From assembly GCA_951406725.2 (NCBI GenBank), contig OX597815.1:130510001-130574000 (forward strand): 64,000 bases of DNA, written 5' to 3'. Below, piece after piece: positions 13,935-26,900 of the stretch (its first letter is position 1; each line of letters opens with the position of its first letter). This stretch comes from Octopus vulgaris. Taxonomy: Eukaryota. The translations under genes and the position numbers were made by a program. Under the pieces are notes generated by a model. It saw nothing but the letters and a program-made list of their open reading frames with translations, was not told the DNA's origin and made no database searches.

Positions 13935-16900
13935 GAAGAAATATCTAGCAGAGATAAGGAATATCAAGTTACTTCTCGTAGGCCGATTAAAAACATTAAT
14001 GCCTTAAATAAATCTTCACAAATATCATTTTAAATCTTGAAATCCATCTCAGCCATACTGGCAGAGATAAATACAAAAAAACCTAAAATAATAAAAATGG
14101 TTGTAAAACAGTAAATAGTGCAGAAGAAGAGGTTTTATCGCAAAGTTTATCCATTAACAACAGATAAGTACATCTAATTTACTACAACTATTCTAAATAT
14201 CTTCTTCAATATTTCAATGTAAACAATGTTAGTTGTTGTAAAACACTGCCTGGTGAAGCAACACTCTCTGATATTTTTACAGGCTTTCAATGTTTCGCAT
14301 ACACATTACACTGGATGTTGACATTCACACCCATTCTTAGTTTAAGATAGGCACAGTTGTGGCTGTGTGGTTAAGAAGTTGATTCCCAAACCATATGGTC
14401 TTGAGTTCAATCTCCTTGGGAGATGATGATGATGATGGTAGCTGACATTTGTAAGCTGAGGGATCACATTAATTACCACTGAAACTGCTATTCTTATTTC
14501 TTTATTGCCCACAAGGGGCTAAACACAGAGGGGACAAACAAAGACAGACAAACGGATTAAGTCGATTACATCGACTCCAGTGTGTAACTGGTACTTAATT
14601 TATCGACCCCGAAAGGATGAAAGGCAAAGTCGACCTCAGTGGAATTTGAACTCAGAACGTAACGGCAGACGAAATACCACTAAGCATTTCGCCTGGCGTG
14701 CTAACGTTTCTGCCAACTCGCTGCTGTCATCTATTCTATTCTATCATTAACTTGCAGAGAGGGGTTCAAACCCTTTCATGTGAATACCCTGTAAAATGAT
14801 GATTTGCTTGTCTTTCTTAAAGAAGTGAAACAATAGTTTCTACAAGAGAACCCTCCAAATCACACTTACCTGAAGCAACATAAGTAGGAGGACTCTGGTT
14901 AGTTCACAACGTGCCAAAATATCACTGTAAGCACCAATTGGTTTTTCACTAAAAGCAGATCCTTAAAATAGAAACGAAAATAAAAACAAACATGAATACT
15001 TCTTGATTACTTCTTTTAGCATTCAAATTATTTAGCATTCTAATTATTCTGTCAATTGTAATGTTTATTTATTCAGATTGTTTTGAATAAATTATGCTTT
15101 ATCGTATAGCTTCGTGACTTCAAAAATGGTTTACTTTTAGAATGACATTGTAGGGTAGGTGTGAGAGGTTGGATCTGGTTGGCTTGAACATAAAACAGAT
15201 AGAATATTTAGGCTCGATTAAACGCTAAAGGGTTAATGATGGTAAATTAAACCAGTGCTTCTCATAGGAGAGGGGAGGGCTGTCAGGGTTGAAAAGAGTG
15301 CAGAAAACTTGCCATGCTTAACTCTTATGTTACCTTGTTTCTGTTGAAATACGCAGCTTTTACTTCAATTAATTTTGTAAAAAAAATTAATTTAGTAACG
15401 TTACTATTAAGCTGGTCTTAACCCTTTAACATTCAGGTTTCTCTGTCTTATGTAATGCTTATTTATTCATGCTGATTTGAATTAATCATGCATTATCTTA
15501 TAGCTTCAAGATTACAAAAACATGTTTGTATATTTTTAGAATGACATTATAGGGTAGGTGTGAGAGGTTGGATCTGGTTTTAACATAAAACAGGTAGAAT
15601 ATTTGGGCTGGATAAGGTCAGTAGTTATCATTCATTATTTACATTTGACATATATTTGTCCTCATCTTGTTTGCTGCTAACACGTTTTGGCTGATATACC
15701 CTCCTCCCTTCTTCAGGTCTCTTGGGGGAAATTTCGAATCTGGGTTCTCATTCCTTAGGTATTTTTCAATGTTGTTGTTATTATTATTATTATTATTATT
15801 CAGGTCATTGCTTGGAATCGAACTCGGAATCTTAGGGTTAGTAGCCCGCACTCTTAACCACTATGCCATATGCCTGAAGTAGATGGGGAGAATGTAATTT
15901 TAGGGAAGCTCCAGTGTTATTTCTGGCTGAGTTAGTGTCCAAGTAGAAGCTCCCTTGTTGGCTCATTTAAGTTTCTTTTGCTACGGCAATATAGCACCAG
16001 TGAAGGGATGATACTCTTTTGGGGATAGAGATGGTGGAGAAAACACTCAGTTAGCTATACATTTAAAGAGAGAAAGAACCCCAGTGTTTTAATGATAAAG
16101 TTTATTACCTCCTCTTTCTTGTGCCAGGTAACTCATTTCTGTTAAAACAGCAAGGGCACCATCGTAATCTTCTATAAATGAAAATAAATGGTAGAACATG
16201 AGAGCGGGTAAAAGAAGGATAGCGAGAGAGAGAGAGAGTATGAGAACAGACAGAGGTAGAGAGGGAACCATGTTAATGCTTGTATCTTGATCTAAACCCA
16301 AAGAAAGCCCCAAGTTCAGCATTATAAGCTTGTTTGTCAATCATTCAGTATTACTGAAGATTTCTGTAGTTACTATACTCTTTACTCTTTTACTTGTTTC
16401 AGTTATTTGACTGCGACCATGCTGGAGCACCGCCTTTAGTCGAGCAAATCGACCCCAGGACTTATTCTTTGGAAGCCTAGCACTTATTCAATCGGTCTCT
16501 TTTGCTGAACTGCTAAGTTATGGGGACGTAAACACACTACCATCGGTTGTCAAGCGATGTTGGTGGGACAAAAACAGACACACAAACATATACACACACA
16601 CATACATATATACGACAGGCTTCTTTCAGTTTCCGTCTACCAAATCTACTCACAAGGCTTTGGTCGGCCCAAGGCTATAGTAGAAGACACTTACCCAAGG
16701 TGCCACGCAGTGGGACCGAACCCGGAACCATGTGGTTGGTAAGCAAGCTACTTACCACACAGCCACTCCTGCACCTATGTGTACTTTTGTTTAAAAATAA
16801 ATACAATGTTCTCATGTGTGTGATCAAAAGCAACTAAAAGGGTTTACAGCAGGACAGGAGAACCTGGTCATAAAACATGGCCTCAAAAAGATCAACCACT

Positions 16901-17930
16901 TCAGGCCAGCACAGAAAGATGTAAAATGTTGATGATAATAAATAACCTCAGATTCCTGTGGTAAACTATCCCAACTTGTGGTGCTTGCTTACAACATGTT
17001 GAACTCCAATATTGCATCCATTGTAAGCTGTGGTAGACTGGCCAGGTTGCCAGATTGCCCAATGGCAAGTGGGCCCCTACACTATTAGAATCCATATATG
17101 GGGGCCCATCCCCTCAAGTCTGAGAATTTTTTATTCACTCCTGGAAGAATGCATTAATTATTTCAGCCTGGCATTGTTTGTAGACAGTTGAAAAGAATAC
17201 TTTTAACAAAAAAAAAAAAAAATAAATGATAGCATTGTAGTTGCAGGTGGGCCCTGCCCAATATTTTTAGACCCAGTCTGCCACTGATTGTAAGATAAAC
17301 AGCCCTGTCAATCTTTACATGGCTTGAACATACAATTTCAAGATATTGTAATGAATATCAGAGATATTAAATCATGAAGCATAAAGATCAAAGAAGTTAA
17401 ACTTTTGTTGGGTGGTCCCCTTTGTAGTTGTGGGTGGGCCCCCTTGTAATTGTGGGACCCCCCCCCAGTCTCCTGGCAACCAATATTTTTAGACCCAGTC
17501 TGCCACTGATTGTAAGATAAACAGCCCTGTCAATCTTTACATGGCTTGAACATACAATTTCAAGATATTGTAATGAATATCAGAGATATTAAATCATGAA
17601 GCATAAAGATCAAAGAAGTTAAACTTACTTGTTGATATCTTACAAGATGCTACATTACCCAAAGCTTCCAAACAATCCAGAGGGTTCTGAAAAGAGAAGT
17701 AGATATACATGAAATTTAATACTTTAGCATTAAAACCAATTATATCTGGTCCAAGTATTCTTGTTTTGAGTGGCTATGTAGCAAGTAGTTTGCTTACCAA
17801 CCACATGGTTCTGGGTTCAGTCCCACTGCATAGAACCTTGGGCAAGTGTCTTCTACTATAACCTCGGGCCAACCAAAGCCTTGTGAGTGAATTTGGTAGA
17901 AGGAAACTGAAAGAAGCCCATTGTATGTAT

Positions 17931-17974
<44 letters not shown>

Positions 17975-20900
17975 ATATATATATATATATACATATGTTT
18001 GTGTGTCCATGTTTGTCACTCCACTATCACTTGACAACCAATGTTGGTGTGTATATGTCCCTATAAATTAGCAGTTCAGCAAAAGAGACCAATAGAATAA
18101 GTACTAGGCTTATAAAGAATAAGTCCTGGGGTTCCATTTGTTCAACTAAAGGCAGTGCTCCAGCACAGCCGCAGTCAAATGACTAAAACAAATAAAAAAA
18201 TACAAACCAGCCAGGTCTGGCCAGTCACAATTAGCCTAAACCCGATGATATCATTATAAAAATAAATAATTGCCATTGAAATCTTGTAGTCATGAGATAA
18301 TACACGATAAAACCATTTTCACCTGAATACTGTGTGGACTTTTCCAATGTTCGAAGCAGAGATTGATATTTTGCAATTACTGATATGACTACAGTAAATT
18401 GCGATTCCATCTTGAAGGGATTTGGAACTTACAAAATGTTAAAAAAAAAAAAAAATAATAACAGTGACTTGTCATCAGATGAAACAGATACAGATGTTTC
18501 TGAATTCTTGTCCAGCAAGGAAGAGTATTTTGATAGCAAAAGTGATAAAGATCTTCAGGACATCATTTAAAATATTAGAGCAACATGGTTAAACAATACA
18601 ACACCAATACATATTTCTGATTTTATTGAAAAAAATATAATTGTAAATCATTAGTAATTGTAATTACGAGTACCCAGCTGTTCAACAGTAGACATACTGA
18701 ATTAATAAGAAAAGTGGTTGAATATTCCACAGGTGCATGTACTCTTACTGTGATTCTCAGGCAGAAGGTGTGGTGTGATGTGACAAAGCTGGACATTTGA
18801 ATTACAGGATCAAACAGGATTGTGCACAGTTTCCATTTATCCAAATACACTCACAAGACCTGGATGAACCTGGAGCTAATCTTGGGTATAGGCATTTACC
18901 CAAGATGACATGCAGTGAGGTCAAACTCAGAACCACATGATTATGAAACAAACTTCTTAAAACAAAAATGCTGTTGACTGTGACTTTGAATATTTAGTAG
19001 TTAATGCCTTTGTCACCTGTGTGATCTACTTAGCAGTTCTGCAGGAATATTGTTTGGGAACCATTGTAGCCATTGTGGATGGAAATAGTTCATGGAAATA
19101 TTATTACATCAATTATTTACTAATAATTAACAGTGATTATTAATGACTGTAACATATATAAAATTATCAAGTAGGTCATATTTATAATCCCATTTCTCTC
19201 TCAATCTGCATAACCAAAGTTTGGCCACTACTAATGTATCACAAGTTCTTTTGGCAGTGAGTCACTCCTACTACCTCAACTTTTATCATTTAGACGACCA
19301 TTTCTACTTCCCCTCTTCTGTCTACATATCAAAGATGACCTCAATGTCATCTTAGACAACCTTCATGACAATTAAGGCCCTCCCCACATCAAGAAAACAA
19401 CTTTTATTCTCAGTAGCCTTAGATGCCACAATAAGTCCACTAGCTAAACCTGCTCCCTACATCATTGGAAGACATGGCTTCTTAGCTGTAGAAAAGATGA
19501 CATCTAAAAAGATAGACATTTCAAACAAACCCAACAGTGTCTGGAATGGTTTCTTCCCTAATTGCAATGAGAAGACATTGACTTTGTGAGCCACAGTGAA
19601 GGAAGGCAGCTTGTTTATGAGGAAAAACTTATACAAAGTAGAAAGGACACTGTAGTCCAGCAGCAGATCTTGTTAATCATCATCATCAACTATGGACATG
19701 ATTGCCTTGAGCCATAGAACTCGTAGGGTCAGATATTCTGTCTACATGGCTTATAAGTGACAACCAAGATAACATCATTCCCCTGGATAGGATGCTAGTC
19801 TATTGCAGGGTTACACATTTACAGCGGAGTAGACTGGAGTAATGTGAAATGAAGTGATTTTTCCCAAAAACATGATGCATCACCTGGTCGAGGAACTGAA
19901 TGTATGATCTTGAAATTGTGAGTGCAATGCCCTAACCGCTAAGCCATTAGCAGCCACTCTCCTTAATGCTGGTGACAACAATAAAATGCATTCAGTTCAT
20001 GCTGTGAAGTGGTTGGCGATAGTAAGGGAATTCAGCTGCAAAAAATAAACCATGCCAAAAGACAAAAAAAAAAAGGCTGTGGGTACAAAAATATGTAGAC
20101 TCCATAAGCTGTAATGAAAGCAACCTATATATGGAAAAGCAGTAAGTCTGAATAAACAATTATACAAGGTAAAACAGAAACTTCTGTCCACCACTGACAA
20201 TTACTCGAGTGCCAATGGCACAATAAAATACTATAATGGGATTAGCAGTAAGAAAAGCATTCAGTCATAAAAAGAAAACATGCCAAAAGGGTAAAAATAA
20301 TGACAGACAGAATAAAAATTGACAGCTTTCTCTATTGCTGTGTGTAAGAGAAGACAAAAGATGGTCATAAAGGGTGCGAAGCTGTGAACCTCATCTGAAA
20401 AATTGTCTGAATAGAAAAATGGATATAAAATATCGACAGCTGTTTGTCTTACTTCATTCTATGTTCACTCACCTGAAGATGTACAAGTACACAGCTATTG
20501 TTGGATCATATTAATGCAATAACATGTATAATATGTGAAACATTTAGTAATTACCAGTCCATGCTAATATACAGAAACAATTGTAGTGATTTGGATAAAA
20601 GCCTATTCATTCCATCTTCTTGTATTACAATCCACACACATGCACACACACACACATACATACATACACACATATATATATGTATACTTATAAGTGCAAA
20701 TAGAAGAAAACATTAAATACCTTATAAATATCATGAGCTAAGAAGAAAGGAGCCTCTATACATGGTCACCACTTGCTAGAATTGGCAACTAAATATCCAT
20801 TAAATAATAAACTGTTGCCTTACAAAAGAAGGATCATTAGATAATGTAGCCCCTGATACATATCAAAATGAGATGTCATAGGTGGAATGTCATTGATCAA

Positions 20901-23900
20901 AGATCTACTCAATCAGAGCTGACTTGAGGGATAGAGAACAAAATATCTGTTAGTTTAGTTCCAAGTACAATACCTCAAGAATAATTTAAAACCAATTGTC
21001 CGTCTGCTTTAGTAAAATTTGAAACCCTTGTCTGTTTCCAGTAAAATTCAAAACCCTTGTCCGTCTCCTTCAGTAAAATTGGAAACCCTTCTCTGATTCC
21101 ATAAATATGATTTGAAACTATAACCAAGTACTCTGATTGCATCATCATCATGCTAAAGGAGAAAGGAGGGGGAGGCAGGGATGTAAAAGAATAAAAAGTA
21201 ATCATTCACAAAAGATCGACTTAAAACTAGAGATTCTTACCAAAACTGTGAAACCAGAACCCTAAATTGAGAATAAACAAAGTATATAACTGTTGTAATT
21301 TGCTTGAAGCATTGTTGTACAGATGTAGAAAAATTAATGGAATGAGAATCAAGGAAAGTTTCTAACAATGCAGAAAGTTTTCATCATCATCATTGTTTAA
21401 TGTCCGCTTTCCATGCTAACATGGGCTGGACAGTTTGACTGAGGGCTGGCAAGCCAGAAGGCTGCACCAGGCTCCAATCTGATCTGGCAAAGTTTCTACA
21501 GCTGGATTCCCTTCCTAATGCCAACCACTCACAGAGTGTAGTGGGTGATTTTTATGTGCCACTGGTATAAGGGACAATTAGGTGGTACTGGCAATGACTA
21601 CGCTTGAATGGCGCTTTTTACGTGCCACCAGCATGTAAGGTGGCACTGGCAATGACCATGCTTGAATGGTGCTTTTTACATGCCATTGGCACAGGTTCCA
21701 ATCAGAGAGTACTGTCATCGGCCACGACAATGACTTCACTCGACTCAACAGGTCTTCGCAAGCATAGTTTATTGCCCAATGATTGAAGGGTACTCTTAAT
21801 GCACTGGCAGAGGCCACGGTTACGGTCTCACTTGACTTGCCGGGTCTTCTCAAACACAGCATATCTCCAAAGGTCTCGGTCACTTGTCATCACCTCTGTT
21901 AGGCCCAATGTTTGCAGGTTGTGCTTCACCACCTCATCCCAGGTCTTCCATCTTTACATTTCGGATGTAAAGGCTTATCTTCAGAAGAATACAGTCAAAC
22001 AAATGTGTATTTATATGAGCTCAAAATATAAAGGTTTTTTAAAACTTTCAGCATTGTTTGAAGCTTTCTTTATTTCTCATTTCATGCATTTTTCTACGCT
22101 ATAACTGTTGTCACCTAAACAAGGCAAAGTTAATAAACAAAGAAAAAATAACAACAAAATAAATAGAAAATTATAAAAAGAAATTTCTTTGAACATAAAA
22201 ATATAAAAATACAAAAGATATTTTTAAATGGTGCAGCAAAAATATTTTTGAAAACTGTTTTGAAAAATAAAGAGAAATAGACAACAGACAAACAACCACT
22301 GAGTGTGTTTATAGGGTTTGTCTGTTATGGCTTCCCAAATATCTTGAAGAATTTTTAGTCAATTTTTGTTTTTAAAGCTTGCTACTTATTCTCTCAGTCT
22401 CTTTAAATGAACTGCTAAATCATGGGGATGGAAACACACCAACAAATGTTGTCAAGTGGTGGTGAGGTAAACGCAGACACACAACACACACACACATACA
22501 CATATATGATGAGCATCTTTCAGTTGTGTTGCCAAATATTAAATCCATTCATAAGGCTTTGGTTGCCCTGAAGTTCAGTAGAAGAAATTTGCCCAAGGTA
22601 CCATGTAGTTGGGAAGCAAAAATCTTACAACACAACCACATCTGCATCTTATATATATATATATACATGAAATATTGCTATTGTGGTTGTAGTTAATGCA
22701 TAAACCCTTGTCAGTTTTTGACAACATTCCTACAGTATACAAATTATCAGTTGAATAATTAAGCCATGGTTGCATGTAAAAAGCACCATTTGTGCGTGGT
22801 CATTGTCAGTTCTGCCTGACTGGCTCCTGTGCTGGTGGCATGTAAAAAAGCATCATTCAAGTGTGGTCAATGCCAGTACCGCCTGACTGGCCCTCATGCC
22901 AGTGGAACGTAAAAAGCACACACTACACTCTTGGAGTAGTTGGCATTAGGAAGGGCATCCAGCTGTAGAAACACTGCTAGATCAGATTGGTGCCTGGTGC
23001 AACCTTCTGGCTTGCCAGCCCTCAGTCAAACCGTCCAACCCATGCCAGCATGGAAAGCGGACGTTAAATGATGGTGATGATGATGATGACAGAGAGAGAG
23101 AGTGCATGTGTGTGTGATCATCATCTTACTTCTACTTTCCATGCCAGCAGGGTTAGACAGTCGTCACAATCCAAGTCATTTCTTATTAGGATTTATTACT
23201 CCTATAAACTGAAGCTTGTAATGTCATTTGGTCCAGCTTCTATAGCTGGATATGCTTTTTGTTGCCAATTACTTTACAGAACATTCTGGGTGCATTTTCT
23301 GGTGGTGTCAACACAGAGTACTCAGTAACCTAAGACATAGAGAGTGAGGAGGAGAGAGAAGAAAATGTGAGTAAAGCAACAGAGTTGCTTAACAATTGTA
23401 GTTGTCCCTAGTTTGGTGTATTCTTTGTATGGGTAACATAAAGGAAAGGTAAGTTTGTTATGTTGGGAGTCAAAAGAGCCTAGACATTTCCTGGAGGTGT
23501 CAATGCTTGATACGGATGATGAGAGAACAAACAGTAAATAAAGAGTAAAGATTTCTGATAAAAAAAAACAACAAAAAGCCACCTGATCTTCTTTCGAGTA
23601 AGGACTGTGCTTTATGAGCTCTTAATCAGGACCATACCTAATGAGTCTTCAGTTATACTACAACATGTCTATCATAAAGATGAGGTGGATGCATCAAGAA
23701 ATAATGAAAGCTCCTTACCAAATGTCTGTTCAAGTAGGGGTGAGTACGAGGGCCATTCACCAAATAGGTGAGAGAGAGATGTGAAGAGAAAGAAATGTTT
23801 AAGATTATTTTCATTATACTAGATGAAAACAAAAACTCACCTGTGACTGAAGTTCTGCAGCTCTCTGATAGTGACCCATAGATTCACTGGCTTTATTCAA

Positions 23901-26900
23901 TGACTATAATTAAAAGTTAAGAAAATGATAATAAAAAAATGTTTGAAGTACAGGCAGATGGAATAAAATTTGAGGGTGGGAAGAGAACCATTGATTACAT
24001 CAGCCCAAGTGGAGATGAAAAGCAAAGTTGACCACAGCAGGATTTGAACTCAGAATGTAATAGATGAAATAATGCAAAACATTTTGTCTAAAAAAGGTTA
24101 AGTTAGGATTTGCACACTGAGCTAGTAAAACCCTCACCAGCAATGACTACCCAAAACAAACCCATGGGTTGGATGGTTGACATCTCATTGGGTAAAAGTG
24201 CCATCCACCAGGAGTAGAGAATCACCAACAAATGGTAGTGGCATGCTATTACAACGCATACCTCCATACTACTGCTACTGAACTCCCTCCCCACCACTGG
24301 TATCTATCCTCTGTGGAGTACTGTTAGACAGTTGTTGAATCTTTGCTGGGTTCATCCATTCTTTTGGCAGGGTTTGTTTTTGTCCTGCTGACAATCCTCT
24401 TTACCAGGTAGTTCCTTGTTGCAACACACATCTAAAGGTATTTAGTGCATAGTTCTCACAGTATCTCATCACCTACGGTTGTCCTTTACCAACTGGCAGA
24501 CAACAACAACAGAAAATTCTCAATCACCTATATTCTATCTCTACAAATTCTAATCATCAATAATCAATCTCTCTAAATATGTCCCAAATATATCTCAAGA
24601 CTATTGCAGTAATTGTCTTTATAGCTGAATATCTTTCCTACTTCTAATAATGTAAACAAAAGTGGAATCTATTTTATCAACCAAGCAGACTGAAATGTGA
24701 TAAGCATTTGTCCAAGTCCTATATTACAATAATAATAATAATAATAATAATAATAAAGTACTGATAAAAAATCACTGTTGTTGGTTCCACGTAAAAAGCA
24801 CTGTTGATGGTGCCGTATAAAATGCACTCGTGCTGGTAATACATATAAAACACTGGTGCTGATGCCATGTAAAATGCATCCAGTCTAGCCTGTAAAGTGG
24901 TTGGTGTTTGGAAGGGCATCCAGCTGTAGAAACCAAGCCAAAACAGCCTAGTGTGGTCCCTGGCTCTGCCAACTCCTGTCAAAACATTCAACCCATGCTA
25001 ACATGGAGGACAGACCTTAAATGATAACTGACTCTCTATAGAATGGTTGGAATTGGACTATATAACTGATTAATGCTTAGTCAGTTCCATTGAAAGTTTT
25101 GTGTAAAGAAGCCAATACAAGCAAATAAATATATGTCCTTACCATTAAAACATCACCGAGTTCCATACAAAGGGCAGCACCAAGTGCAGGTTGTTTGTTC
25201 TCAATATGAACCTGTAAAAGAAAGCAAAACATATAATGTCCACCATACACAGTCATAGAGTTTTAAATATTCTCTAGTATTGCCTTACCAACCAAAATAT
25301 GGATTTTGTTTTATCATACACACATACTGATACCAAATGAAAAACATGTGCTTGTGCCATGTATAAAACACCTATACATGTGCCATGAAAAGCACATGTG
25401 CTAGTGCCATGTAAAAAGCACCCGTGCTGGTACCATGTACAAAACACTGGTGCTGATGCCATGTAAAAAGCACCCAGTCTAACCTGTAAAGTGGTTGGCA
25501 TTAAGAAGGGCATCAAGCTATAGAAACAATGCCAAAATCAGATGATTGGGGGCTGGTGCAACCCTCTAGCTTGCCAGTTCTTGTCAAACTGTCCAACCCA
25601 AGGCCAGCATGGAAAACAGACGTTAAATGATGAGGATGATAATGATGTCCATTTTCCATCCTCACATGGGATGAACAGAATTTGTTGAGGGCAGTCAGAT
25701 TTTCTACTGCCAGATGCCCTTCCTGTTGGCAACCCTCACCTGTGACCAAGCAAAGATAATATTTCCCCATGGCCAGTCATATCTTCACAAAATACTATAA
25801 ATGACTGACACTGCTTGATGATGATGATGATGATACATATGACAGGCCTCTTTCAGCTTCCATTTATAATACTCATTCACAAGGATTTGGTCAGCCCAGG
25901 GTTATAGTAAAAGACACTTGCCCAAGGTGCCACACAGTGGGACTGAACTCAAAACCTTTGGTGGGCAAGCAGAATTCTTACCACATAGTCACACCCAAAA
26001 AACAAAAGGATAAACAAAAATATTATTGAAAAAAAAAAAAGAAAAAAGAAGAGAAGCAAAATCCGTAGTTCCTTACTCTGATAGCATGGCTGTAACAGTT
26101 GATGGCAGCAGAAAGATGCTCCTCAAAACTTGGGCATTTTAAATCTCTGTTTGCCATTTCTGCTTCGAGGAATGATCTCGCAGCCTCTGTCAAAGCCTGA
26201 GCTTCTCCTGCAGCATTTGCCAAAGTGTGTTCACACCTGGAAATAAAAGTTGTGTTAATAGACAGCAAGTAAACTGCAATCCAATATAATTATATGCCTG
26301 CTTGGAGACTCAAATACACACTAACCAAGAAGCCGCTACACAATTACTCAATTAGCTGAAAACAGCCACAGCCACTTTCTACACTTAACTATGACAGATA
26401 CCACAGTTTATGCTATTCGACTGCAAGCCAACATGTTGGAATTTCTTCATGAAACAGTGATTTAAAAAAAGCAGATTTGAAGTAGAACTTTATTTATATT
26501 TGACAGATATTTGTCCTCATCTTGTTTGTTGTTAACACAACACTTCGGCTGATATACCCTCCAGCTTTCATCAGGTGTCTTGGAGAAATTTCGAACCTGA
26601 GTTCTCATTCCTAAGGCATTTTTCGATGTTGTTATTATTATTATTATTATTATTATCATTACTATTATTATTATTCAGGTCACTGCCTGGAATCAAACAT
26701 GGTATCTTGGGGTTAGTAGCCCGCGCTCTTAACCACTATGCCATATGCCAGTGGGCATAGTGGTTAAGAGCGCAGGCTACTAACCCCAAATTTTCGATTT
26801 TAATTCCAGTGACCTGAAGAAAAACGTCGTTGTCGTCATCATCATCATTGAAAAATACTTTAGGAACGAGAACCCAGGTTTGAAATTTCCCCAAGGCACC

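Noticed and set aside
15803-15874. tRNA gene (also 26678-26749 and SINE heads)
   Set aside because: A/B boxes and an anticodon-like arm are present but the acceptor stem pairs poorly and the head is fused to a repeat body; treated as a SINE head.
18385-18570. Acidic 61-aa ORF (SDLSSDETDTD)
   Set aside because: No splice partners or recognisable domain; possibly a decayed transposase N-terminus, not supportable.
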